Shown here: piece by piece, positions 18,282 to 27,512 of the stretch
How positions within the stretch are numbered: the stretch's first letter is position 1
Layout of the letters: each line of letters opens with the position of its first letter
Source of the DNA: an uncultured bacterium
GTDB lineage: Bacteria > Fidelibacterota > Marinisomatia > Marinisomatales > UBA1611
Assembly (NCBI GenBank): GCA_943788175.1
Contig: CALSPG010000003.1
Coordinates: 32,001 to 96,000 of the forward strand
DNA: 64,000 bases
Reading direction: 5' to 3'
Translations under genes and position numbers: made by a program
The notes under the pieces: model-generated
Told to the model about the DNA's origin: nothing
The model's database searches: none
The model's input: the letters and a program-made list of their open reading frames with translations, nothing else

Positions 18282-20141
18282 ATGCAGCAAATTGTTATTG
18301 GAACTGCTGGGCATATTGATCATGGTAAAACATCTTTGGTAGAAGCTCTTACTGGAACCAATACAGATACTCTTTTACAAGAAAAAAGTAGAGGAATTAC
18401 AATAGACCTTGGGTTTGCTTATTTAAATGAGCAAATCACCATTGTCGATGTCCCAGGTCATCAAAGGTTTATTAGAAATATGGTGGCGGGATCGTCAACT
18501 ATTCATATTGGTTTATTAGTAATAGCTGCTGATGATGGTGTAATGCCACAAACTTTAGAGCATCTCCATATTTTGAATAGTTTGTCTATTCTAATCGGAA
18601 TTACTGTAATAACAAAAATTGATGGGGTTGATAACGAATGGATAGACCTAGTTATATCTGATATTAAAAAGATTCAAAAAGATACTATTTTTCAAAATAG
18701 TCGTATTTTTAAAGTAGATAGTTTATCTCAGAAAGGAATAGGTGAATTAAAGAATTCTATCATTTCTATATCTCAGTCATTAAATGTTCTTGATAACTCA
18801 AAATTTTTTAAAATGTATGTTGATAGAGTGTTTAATAAAAAAGGATATGGTTCTATTGTAACAGGAACTATTAAGAGTGGTAATATATCAAAAGGTGATA
18901 GTATAGAAATATTACCAGAGAAAATAACAGCAACAGTTAGGGGTGTTCAAACTCATGGTGGTGAAGTTACCAATGTCAAATTTGGTGACAGGGCAGCTTT
19001 AAATCTATCAAAAGTTGATATAAATGTATTAAAAAGAGGCTCAATTTTATCTGCCATTGATAAGATAATAGTAACGAATTATTTAATAGTGAACTTAACT
19101 ATGTCCAGACATACGCTTTGGACAATTCAAAACAATCAGCGAGTAAGAATTCATTTAGGCACTGCTGAAATTTTAGCTAGAATTAATCTTCATATAAAAA
19201 AAATTGAACCTGGCAAAACTTGCAATGCAATTTTAAGATTAGAGAAAAAATGTGGAGTAACACTCGATGAGTTATTCGTGGTTCGTTCATACTCCCCAAT
19301 GGAAACAATTGCTAGTGGTGTTGTACTTGATACAAATGAAAGAATAAAAAAAGATAATCTTGGAGAAATACCAGTTGATAAAGTAGCAAGGTTTAAATAC
19401 ATGATATCTCGTAGATTAAAAAAGCCGCTAACAGTTAAGCAGTGGAGTGAAAAATATTTTCTATCTGAAGTTGAAATACTTAAAAAAATAAAACTAATAA
19501 AAGCAAAAATAACAAAGAGTGATTTAGTTTACTTTTTTGATGATTTAAACTCAGTGAAACAATCGGTGGTTAAATATGTTAAAAAAAAAACTAATCATGA
19601 TTTATTTCATAGTTATGTTGAAATGAATAATTTAAAACTCAATTTGAATTTATCTTCTGATTGGGCTAAATATGTTGTCAATGATTTAGTAAATGAAGAT
19701 TTATTAACTTTTAAAAACGGTAAAATAAAAATTAAAAATCAAGATTTAAAAATTGATAAAAAAATAGCAATTGACATTGATAATATAAAAAACTTGATAA
19801 ATAATAGCCCGCTGAAAATTATATCCATTAATGAATTAGTAAAGAAATCAAAATTAAATCCAAAATACGTTAAAGATTTGGTGTTTATGTTAAATGATAG
19901 AAAAAAAGTAGTTATTATTAATATGGATATTGTGACTAGTGCTGATGCTTTTGGTGCCATAATATCAAAATTGCAAATTTATTTTAGTGGTCAAGAATTA
20001 TTATCTGTTTCGAGTTTTAAAGAAATATCTATGCTTTCACGAAAAAATGCGATTCCAATGCTAGAGTACTTTGATATAAATGGTTACACTATCAGAAATG
20101 GAGCAAATAGGAAAAAAGGGCCTTATTTTTTTGAGCAATAA
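18282..20141 (+). CDS. selB: Selenocysteine-specific elongation factor
   Basis: GTAGHIDHGKT, RGITIDLGFA, DVPGH, TKID; C-terminal SRKNAIPMLEYFD winged-helix motif. Confidence 0.95.
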   Translation: MQQIVIGTAGHIDHGKTSLVEALTGTNTDTLLQEKSRGITIDLGFAYLNEQITIVDVPGHQRFIRNMVAGSSTIHIGLLVIAADDGVMPQTLEHLHILNSLSILIGITVITKIDGVDNEWIDLVISDIKKIQKDTIFQNSRIFKVDSLSQKGIGELKNSIISISQSLNVLDNSKFFKMYVDRVFNKKGYGSIVTGTIKSGNISKGDSIEILPEKITATVRGVQTHGGEVTNVKFGDRAALNLSKVDINVLKRGSILSAIDKIIVTNYLIVNLTMSRHTLWTIQNNQRVRIHLGTAEILARINLHIKKIEPGKTCNAILRLEKKCGVTLDELFVVRSYSPMETIASGVVLDTNERIKKDNLGEIPVDKVARFKYMISRRLKKPLTVKQWSEKYFLSEVEILKKIKLIKAKITKSDLVYFFDDLNSVKQSVVKYVKKKTNHDLFHSYVEMNNLKLNLNLSSDWAKYVVNDLVNEDLLTFKNGKIKIKNQDLKIDKKIAIDIDNIKNLINNSPLKIISINELVKKSKLNPKYVKDLVFMLNDRKKVVIINMDIVTSADAFGAIISKLQIYFSGQELLSVSSFKEISMLSRKNAIPMLEYFDINGYTIRNGANRKKGPYFFEQ

Positions 20142-22719
20142 TTCTAAAACTCCTTTGATGAAACAATATGATAAGATAAAATCAAATTATACTGATTCAA
20201 TTCTTCTTTTTAGAATGGGTGATTTTTATGAAACTTTTTCATCTGATGCTATTATAGTTTCTGAATTGCTTGGAATTGTTTTGACCAAGAGATCGAATGG
20301 CAAAGCAGCGGATGTTGATTTAGCGGGCTTCCCTTATCATGCTCTCGATAACTATTTACCTAAATTAGTCAAGGGTGGATATAAAGTTGCTATTTGTGAA
20401 CAGATTGAAGATCCGAGTCAAGTTAAAGGTATTGTTAAAAGAAAGGTTATTGAAGTTGTTACACCTGGTACCATAACCTCAGAACAGGTTTTAAATCAAA
20501 AGAGAAATAATTTCATTGCGTGTATTATAAAACAAAAAAAAAGAGCGGGCTTATCTGTTATTGATACGTCCACTGGAGAGTTTTATACAGGAGAATGTCA
20601 CTTAAGTGAATTATCTGATTTGTTGTCAAAGTACAACCCTAGTGAAGTTGTAATATCTAAGTCAGATGTATTTAATACTGAAGAATGGTATTTAAGGCTT
20701 CATCCGCATGTTACTAGTATCGAAGATTGGACTTTTAATTATGATAATTCTTACCGTGATTTAATTGACCACTTCAAAGTAAAATCTCTAAAAGGTTTCG
20801 GATGCGAAAATTTCCCAATTGGCATTATTTCAGCTGGTGGTTTATTTACATACTTAAAAAATAATTTATCAATGAGCGTTAGCCATCTAAAAAAGATTAG
20901 TCCCATACAAAATATTGGTATTATGGGATTAGATGGATTTACCATTAAAAATTTAGAAATATTTAATTCTTTATCATCCCAAAACGTTAAAGGAACGCTA
21001 ATTAATAGTATCGATTACACTCTTACAGCAGGCGGATCTAGGATGCTAGTACAGTGGCTGCAAAGGCCTCTTGCTGTTAAAAAGAATATTGAAAATAGGT
21101 TAGAAATTGTAGAAACATTTTTTTGTGAAAATTTTTTATTAAAAGAATTGCGAATAAATCTTAAAAAAACTATAGATGTAGAAAGAATAATTTCGAAAAT
21201 ATGCAGGCGCAGCGGCACACCTCGTGAATTGGCAGGATTGTCCAACACCTTGGATATCTATGATAAATCATTCGAACGTTTTCGGGAATTTAAAAGCCTG
21301 AATAATTATACGATTAACTACAAAAGATTGACAAAGCTCAAGATAGAAATAAATAAAACCTTGAATGAAGATTGTCCCGCAAACATTAAAAAAGGAAATG
21401 TTATAAGGTCAGGAGTAGATAATCAATTAGACGAATATAGAAACATATTAAATAATGGTAAAAGTTGGATAGAAAAATTTCAACATGATGAAAGACTGCG
21501 TCTAGATATCTCCAGTTTAAAAGTCAGTTTTAATAAAGTCTTTGGTTACTATATTGAAATTACTAAGACACATCAAAACAAAGTTCCAGACGATTATATA
21601 AGGAAGCAAACATTAGTTAATTCAGAAAGATATATTACTGAAGATTTAAAAATCTATGAAGAAAAAGTATTGAACGCGGAAAGCTACATCTATGAATTAG
21701 AAAATGAAATCTTTCAAAAACTTGTTGATATTGTATCAACTGAAGTTTTAGAAATTCAAAATAATGCATCTCTTTTTAATGATATTGATGTCCTATCAAG
21801 TTTTGCATACTTAGCAATTTCGAAAAAATTTGTAAGGCCAAATATAAAAGAAAAATCAATTCTAAAAATTGTTAATGGCAGACATCCTGTAATTGAAGAC
21901 TTATTGCCTTCAACTCAAAAGTTCATATCGAATGATTTACTTATGGACATAAAGACTAGCCAAATCCATCTCATCACAGGGCCAAACATGGCAGGTAAAT
22001 CTACTTTTTTAAGGCAAGCGGGAATTATAGTCTTGCTAGCTCAAATTGGTAGTTTTGTACCAGCAAAATCTGCAGATATTGGAATCGTTGATAAACTATT
22101 TACGAGAGTGGGGGCTAGTGATAATCTTGCCGGAGGGGAGTCAACTTTTTTAGTAGAAATGAATGAGGCTGCTAATATATTAAATAACGCAACAGAGCGT
22201 AGTTTGATTTTATTTGATGAAGTAGGTAGAGGGACAGCTACGTTTGATGGATTATCAATCGCTTGGGCCATAGTTGAATATCTTCATGAGAATAATGAAA
22301 TTAATGCAAGAACATTATTCGCGACACATTATCATGAATTATCAGTTCTTGAAGATCAGCTAGAAAGGTTAAAGAATTATCACGTTGAGGTAAAAGAGTA
22401 CAATGATAAAATTATATTTCTCAGGAAAATCATTGAGGGGTCTGGAGATAAAAGTTATGGTATCCAGGTTGCAAAAATGGCAGGTCTGCCGTCATCTGTC
22501 ATCTCAAGAGCTAAAGAAATTTTAGTTCATAAATTTGAAAATAATAATCAGCTTATTGATAACCTGGTTAGCGATAATGTGGGTTTTTCAAAACATTTAG
22601 AACTAGATAGTGATGTACTCAAAATAAAAGATGAAATTGAAGCTTTGGACTTAAATCAAATTACTCCGATTCAGGCTTTGAGTATTTTAAATGATATTAA
22701 AAAAAAATATAATAAATAG
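20131..22719 (+). CDS. mutS: DNA mismatch repair protein MutS (likely TTG start at 20131)
   Basis: TPLMKQY, FRMGDFYE, TGPNMAGKST, GESTF, DEVGRGT, FATHYHEL. Confidence 0.96.
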   Translation: MSNNSKTPLMKQYDKIKSNYTDSILLFRMGDFYETFSSDAIIVSELLGIVLTKRSNGKAADVDLAGFPYHALDNYLPKLVKGGYKVAICEQIEDPSQVKGIVKRKVIEVVTPGTITSEQVLNQKRNNFIACIIKQKKRAGLSVIDTSTGEFYTGECHLSELSDLLSKYNPSEVVISKSDVFNTEEWYLRLHPHVTSIEDWTFNYDNSYRDLIDHFKVKSLKGFGCENFPIGIISAGGLFTYLKNNLSMSVSHLKKISPIQNIGIMGLDGFTIKNLEIFNSLSSQNVKGTLINSIDYTLTAGGSRMLVQWLQRPLAVKKNIENRLEIVETFFCENFLLKELRINLKKTIDVERIISKICRRSGTPRELAGLSNTLDIYDKSFERFREFKSLNNYTINYKRLTKLKIEINKTLNEDCPANIKKGNVIRSGVDNQLDEYRNILNNGKSWIEKFQHDERLRLDISSLKVSFNKVFGYYIEITKTHQNKVPDDYIRKQTLVNSERYITEDLKIYEEKVLNAESYIYELENEIFQKLVDIVSTEVLEIQNNASLFNDIDVLSSFAYLAISKKFVRPNIKEKSILKIVNGRHPVIEDLLPSTQKFISNDLLMDIKTSQIHLITGPNMAGKSTFLRQAGIIVLLAQIGSFVPAKSADIGIVDKLFTRVGASDNLAGGESTFLVEMNEAANILNNATERSLILFDEVGRGTATFDGLSIAWAIVEYLHENNEINARTLFATHYHELSVLEDQLERLKNYHVEVKEYNDKIIFLRKIIEGSGDKSYGIQVAKMAGLPSSVISRAKEILVHKFENNNQLIDNLVSDNVGFSKHLELDSDVLKIKDEIEALDLNQITPIQALSILNDIKKKYNK

Positions 22720-23758
22720 TTTTATACTAATAATTTTATTTTCTATGGCTCAGGGAGAAATTCGAGTTACTTCTTATGGGTGGGAAGTTTTTGATAGAAA
22801 TACTGATTCTAGAATTAGTGCATTAGCTCAATCAAGTATTGCATATCCAATTAAAACATCAGGCTCTGTCCTTCTTAATCCTTCTTTGTCTATTTCATAT
22901 AATGATAAGATAGGTTTAACTCATCAGTCAAAAATCGCAGGAACTGCGAATAGTGAATTCATAGGGTTTGATAAGTATTTAACTGATAGCTCTTGGATTA
23001 GTTTAGTTTTCCTATATGAAGGAATTAGTGGTATCCCAGATACTAGGGGGCAACTATTGGATTGGGGCATTGATGGAGTATTTGGCACCTTTGATCCTGG
23101 AGAGGGAAATGGTATCCTTGATGAAGGGGAACGCCTTAATATCGAAAATGTTAAATATTTCAGTCAAAATATTTTCGGATTATATGCATCTCATAGTCAG
23201 ATCTTGAAAAAATGGAGATTAGGCATTGGACTTAAGTTTCTAATACATGCTATTGATGATGAATATGGTCTGGGCACCGGGGTAAATGTCGGCTTTTTTA
23301 GGCTTTTTGAAAAAACCAGTTTAGGTATTGTCTTTAATAATTTTCCTTCATCTGGTTTAATCTGGAATGATGGTGATATAGAAATCTCTCCTTCTTTTAT
23401 ATCATTTGGTGTTCACCGTAAATTATTATTTAATAAATACGGATTAGAATTAAATCCTATGATGAAGATAGACATTGTGACATTAGATAAATCTATTGAT
23501 TCAAACCTATTATTTGATAAAATCCCAACTAATCTTTCTACAGGATTAGAAATAGTCTATAGAAATAATTTATTTTTTAGATTCGGATCGTATCAAAGAG
23601 GTACATTTTCATCTGGTATTGGTCTACATTGGAAAGATATAAGTATTGATTATGCTTTTTTAAATGGAGGGGGTACTAGCGGTATTGACGAAAATCATTT
23701 ACTTAGTATAGGTGTTTCAATGGAATGGGTAAAAAAACAATTTTTAAATAAAAACTAA
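22691..23758 (+). CDS. Secreted outer-membrane beta-barrel protein, PorV/PorQ-like
   Basis: Signal peptide, R.SALAQ...NPS N-terminal motif, C-terminal GIGLHW...IDYAF...HLLSIG strands. Confidence 0.55.
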   Translation: MILKKNIINSFILIILFSMAQGEIRVTSYGWEVFDRNTDSRISALAQSSIAYPIKTSGSVLLNPSLSISYNDKIGLTHQSKIAGTANSEFIGFDKYLTDSSWISLVFLYEGISGIPDTRGQLLDWGIDGVFGTFDPGEGNGILDEGERLNIENVKYFSQNIFGLYASHSQILKKWRLGIGLKFLIHAIDDEYGLGTGVNVGFFRLFEKTSLGIVFNNFPSSGLIWNDGDIEISPSFISFGVHRKLLFNKYGLELNPMMKIDIVTLDKSIDSNLLFDKIPTNLSTGLEIVYRNNLFFRFGSYQRGTFSSGIGLHWKDISIDYAFLNGGGTSGIDENHLLSIGVSMEWVKKQFLNKN

Positions 23759-23770
23759 GAAGATAAATAA

Positions 23771-24631
23771 ATGATAAAAAGCATGACTGGTTATGGTAGG
23801 GCATCTACAAAAATCCAAATTGGAAGCTGTAATATTGAGATAAGATCTTTGAATTCACGAAACCTTGATATAAAGTTTTCTGGTTTAAGTCTTTCTGCCG
23901 AATTAGAGCAAAAAATCAGAACTCTATTATCGGAACAAATTCAGAGAGGTAGCGTAAAAATTTTTATTGACTTTGATAATCATGATGCTGAAAAATTTAA
24001 ATCATTTGATGAAGGAAATTTCAATTCAATATTAGAAGTTATTGAACGAGTAGAAGAAAAATATGATCAAAAGTTAGATCTTAGTAGTATTGTCAATTTA
24101 AATGACCTTTTTAAACATAAAGAAATAGAAATTAATGATGATGAAAAAACTATATTGATGTTTTCTGAAGCTTTAAAAAACCTAGATAAAACTCGTTTGG
24201 AGGAAGGTAAGCATATCGAAAAAGATTTTCTTAAAAGATTAGGCCTTATCAAAAAAGAAATTAAAGATATGGAAGTACTCACATTTGAATTGACAAAAAC
24301 AAGAAAAAAGGAAATTTCTGAAAAAATAAGATTTTACACAGGACAGGATTCTATTGATGAAGGCAGATTAATGCAAGAAGTTGCTTATCTAATCGAAAGG
24401 TCAGATATTACAGAAGAAATCGTTCGAGTGAACATTCACATAAATGCATTTACAAATTATTTAAAATTAAATGAACCAGTGGGTAAAAGGTTGGGGTTCT
24501 TAGCTCAAGAGATAAATCGAGAAGTCAATACGATTGGTTCAAAAAGTCCAATTCCATTAATTACGAGTAAAATCGTAGAAGTGAAGAATGAATTAGAAAA
24601 AATTAAAGAGCAAATACAAAACATACTATAA
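23771..24631 (+). CDS. yicC: YicC/YloC family endoribonuclease
   Basis: MIKSMTGYG, SLNSR, DITEE..R, GKRL.F..QE.NRE.NTIGSK. Confidence 0.94.
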   Translation: MIKSMTGYGRASTKIQIGSCNIEIRSLNSRNLDIKFSGLSLSAELEQKIRTLLSEQIQRGSVKIFIDFDNHDAEKFKSFDEGNFNSILEVIERVEEKYDQKLDLSSIVNLNDLFKHKEIEINDDEKTILMFSEALKNLDKTRLEEGKHIEKDFLKRLGLIKKEIKDMEVLTFELTKTRKKEISEKIRFYTGQDSIDEGRLMQEVAYLIERSDITEEIVRVNIHINAFTNYLKLNEPVGKRLGFLAQEINREVNTIGSKSPIPLITSKIVEVKNELEKIKEQIQNIL

Positions 24632-25194
24632 TGAAAAATTTAATTTGTGTCTCTGCACCATCTGGATCAGGTAAAACTACATTATGTAAAGTAGTAAGAA
24701 AGATAAGACCTGAGTTTATATGGTCTGTATCTTATACCACTAGAGCTCCTAGAGAAAATGAGATTGATGGGGAAGATTATAATTTTGTAAAACGACAAGA
24801 TTTTAAAATATTAATAGATAATGGTGATTTAGCTGAATGGGAGAATGTTCATGGTAACTATTATGGTACCGTGAAAAAAGAATTAGATAATGCGATTTTG
24901 AATGAAAAAATTGTATTGCTTGAATTAGATGTTAATGGGACAAGTTCTATTCAGAAATTATATCCAGACAATTCGCATTCCGTTTTCATTGTTCCACCAA
25001 GTATAGATAGCTTAAGAAAAAGATTGCAAATGAGGGGTAGTGAAACTGAAGCCACTATTAAAAAAAGGTTGGAACGATTTAAAAAAGAAATGGCTTATAA
25101 AGATCGGTTTGATTCTCTATTAATAAATGATAATATTGAAGTTGCAAAAAATGATTTTTTAATAAAATTAGATGAAGTAATAAAAGGAGTGTAA
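24631..25194 (+). CDS. gmk: Guanylate kinase
   Basis: SAPSGSGKTT, SYTTRAPRENEIDG, VHGNYYGT. Confidence 0.96.
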   Translation: MKNLICVSAPSGSGKTTLCKVVRKIRPEFIWSVSYTTRAPRENEIDGEDYNFVKRQDFKILIDNGDLAEWENVHGNYYGTVKKELDNAILNEKIVLLELDVNGTSSIQKLYPDNSHSVFIVPPSIDSLRKRLQMRGSETEATIKKRLERFKKEMAYKDRFDSLLINDNIEVAKNDFLIKLDEVIKGV

Positions 25195-25196
25195 TA

Positions 25197-25475
25197 ATGG
25201 GAATCAAAACTATTCCATTGAGAAATATTGAAGAAAAAACAGATAATATTTACGAAGCTGTTGTCGTAATGTCTGGTCAAGCTAAAATAGTCCTTGATGA
25301 ACGTATTGTTCAAAAATCAATAAAAGAGGCAGAAGAAGAAGATTACGGTGTGTTTGATGAGATTGAAGAGAAGTCTCCTGAAGATTACATTGAGTTAGAA
25401 AAAACTACTAGTATTGCTATAAAGCAATTTATGGATGGTGATGTAAAGTGGAGTAAAAAGGAGAAGATTTTATAG
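25197..25475 (+). CDS. rpoZ: RNA polymerase omega subunit (FCB-type)
   Basis: NIYEAVVVMS..A motif; directly after gmk. Confidence 0.8.
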   Translation: MGIKTIPLRNIEEKTDNIYEAVVVMSGQAKIVLDERIVQKSIKEAEEEDYGVFDEIEEKSPEDYIELEKTTSIAIKQFMDGDVKWSKKEKIL

Positions 25476-25482
25476 ACAATGT

Positions 25483-26142
25483 ATGAACATCGTCAATAAA
25501 AATAAGTTCATAAAACAGCACATTGAACTTTATGGAAATGAATTGTTTTTTGATTCACCTTCTACTTTTAGTATAAAAAGCGATTTATTAAATAATAGTG
25601 TTTTAAGTATTTTTGAATCTTCTGTTGAAGGTTGTATGAAATGCGAATTGGGTACCTCAAGAAAAAAAATTGTTTTTGGTAGCGGAGACAAAAATGCTGA
25701 TTTGTTAATTGTTGGTGAGGCTCCAAATGAATATGAAGACGAAAAAGGAAGACCATTTGTTGGCAAAGCTGGAAAACTTTTAGATAAAATACTAAAAGCA
25801 ATTGGTTTAAGTCGGACAAATAATGTTTACCTCACAAATGTTTTAAAGTGTAAGACACCAAGGAATAGAGATCCATTACTATCTGAAATAAACAACTGTC
25901 ATTCTTACTTATTGAAGCAAATCGAAATAATCCAACCAAAAATTATTGTTGCCCTTGGGAAAGTAGCTGGAAAGTCATTATTGAATAAAGACTTATCTTT
26001 AAAAGAATTTAGATCTCAGTTTTACGAGTTTAACTCCATCCCGTTAAAAGTGACTTACCATCCTCAAACGTTATTAAATGACCCTGCTTTTAAAAAAAAT
26101 GCTTGGGAAGATTTTCAGGTTGTGCGTGACTTTATTAATTAA
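25483..26142 (+). CDS. Uracil-DNA glycosylase family 4 (Fe-S)
   Basis: CxxC, GEAP, GRPFVG.AG, NVLKC, YHP. Confidence 0.93.
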   Translation: MNIVNKNKFIKQHIELYGNELFFDSPSTFSIKSDLLNNSVLSIFESSVEGCMKCELGTSRKKIVFGSGDKNADLLIVGEAPNEYEDEKGRPFVGKAGKLLDKILKAIGLSRTNNVYLTNVLKCKTPRNRDPLLSEINNCHSYLLKQIEIIQPKIIVALGKVAGKSLLNKDLSLKEFRSQFYEFNSIPLKVTYHPQTLLNDPAFKKNAWEDFQVVRDFIN

Positions 26143-26153
26143 TTTTAAAAAAT

Positions 26154-27512
26154 ATGACAAATAAAAAAAATGAAATATTAAATGTTCAGCCTCATTCTGA
26201 CGAAGCTGAACAGGCAGTATTAGGTTCAATGCTTTCTGATAAAGAGGCAGTAAACAAAGCGTTTGAAAAAAAACTTGATGCGGTTCATTTTTACAAAAAA
26301 AACCATTCGCTAATTTTTGCGGCAATGTCAATTCTTGACAAAAAAAACGAGCCAATTGATACGGTTTCTGTAGTTGATGTTTTAACAAAGAACAATGACT
26401 TAGAAACAGTCGGAGGTGCTTTTTATATCAGCGGTCTGGTTGATTTAGTCCCCACAACTGCACATGTTGCTCGCTACATAAAAATTGTTATGGAAAAAGC
26501 TATTTTAAGAAACTTGATTTACTTGTCAAATGATATTTCTAAAGAAGCTTTTGATGATAGTAAGGACGTTGATGATATTTTGGAGTCAGTACAGAAATCA
26601 ATTTTTAACATTACTCAAGATAGACTACAAAAAGGGTTTGAGAAAATTGACCCAGTTTTACATAAAACTTTTGAAGATATTGATAGGATAGCTTCACATA
26701 AAGGTTCAGTAATTGGTGTTCCGACTGGTTTTAGTGATTTAGATGCTAAGACTACGGGCTTCCAAGCGGGTGATTTAGTCATAATCGCTGGTAGACCTGG
26801 TATGGGAAAAACATCATTTGCCTTAAACATGATGCGTAATGCTGCAATTGATGCAAATAAGAAGATTGGTTTCTTTAGCTTGGAAATGGCAAATAATCAA
26901 TTAGCTATGCGACTTTTATGTGCAGAGGCGCGTGTAGATAGTAACCTTGTAAGGTCCGGAACATTGCCTAAATCACAATATCGAAATTTAAGTCTGGCTG
27001 TTGGTCCTTTATCAAAAGCGGAAATTCATTTAGATGATACTCCCGCTTTAAGTATTCTAGAATTAAGAGCGAAGGCTAGAAGGATAAAAAATGATATAGA
27101 TATTGATATGATAATTGTTGACTATTTGCAGCTTATGCAAGGTCCTAAAGGCGTAGAAAGTAGACAACAAGAGATCGCAACAATCTCTAGATCTATGAAA
27201 GCATTAGCAAAAGAATTAGACATACCAATAGTTGCTCTATCTCAATTATCTAGAGCAGTTGAACAAAGAACAGGCTCTAAAAGACCGCAGTTGTCAGATT
27301 TAAGGGAAAGCGGTGCGATAGAACAGGATGCAGACGTTGTGCTCTTTCTTTTTAGACCATGGGTTTATTCTAGAGATGATGAAGATGAAGGAAAAGCAGA
27401 AATAATTATTGCTAAGCAACGTAATGGCCCTACGGGAATCATTGAGGCTACATATATAAATAGATACACAAGGTTTGAAAATTTAGCCCATAATCCTGAT
27501 GCTCCTTTTTAA
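26154..27512 (+). CDS. dnaB: Replicative DNA helicase
   Basis: AEQAVLG, GRPGMGKT, FSLEM, VDYLQL, SQLSR, LRESGAIEQDAD, KQRNGP; no intein. Confidence 0.97.
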   Translation: MTNKKNEILNVQPHSDEAEQAVLGSMLSDKEAVNKAFEKKLDAVHFYKKNHSLIFAAMSILDKKNEPIDTVSVVDVLTKNNDLETVGGAFYISGLVDLVPTTAHVARYIKIVMEKAILRNLIYLSNDISKEAFDDSKDVDDILESVQKSIFNITQDRLQKGFEKIDPVLHKTFEDIDRIASHKGSVIGVPTGFSDLDAKTTGFQAGDLVIIAGRPGMGKTSFALNMMRNAAIDANKKIGFFSLEMANNQLAMRLLCAEARVDSNLVRSGTLPKSQYRNLSLAVGPLSKAEIHLDDTPALSILELRAKARRIKNDIDIDMIIVDYLQLMQGPKGVESRQQEIATISRSMKALAKELDIPIVALSQLSRAVEQRTGSKRPQLSDLRESGAIEQDADVVLFLFRPWVYSRDDEDEGKAEIIIAKQRNGPTGIIEATYINRYTRFENLAHNPDAPF

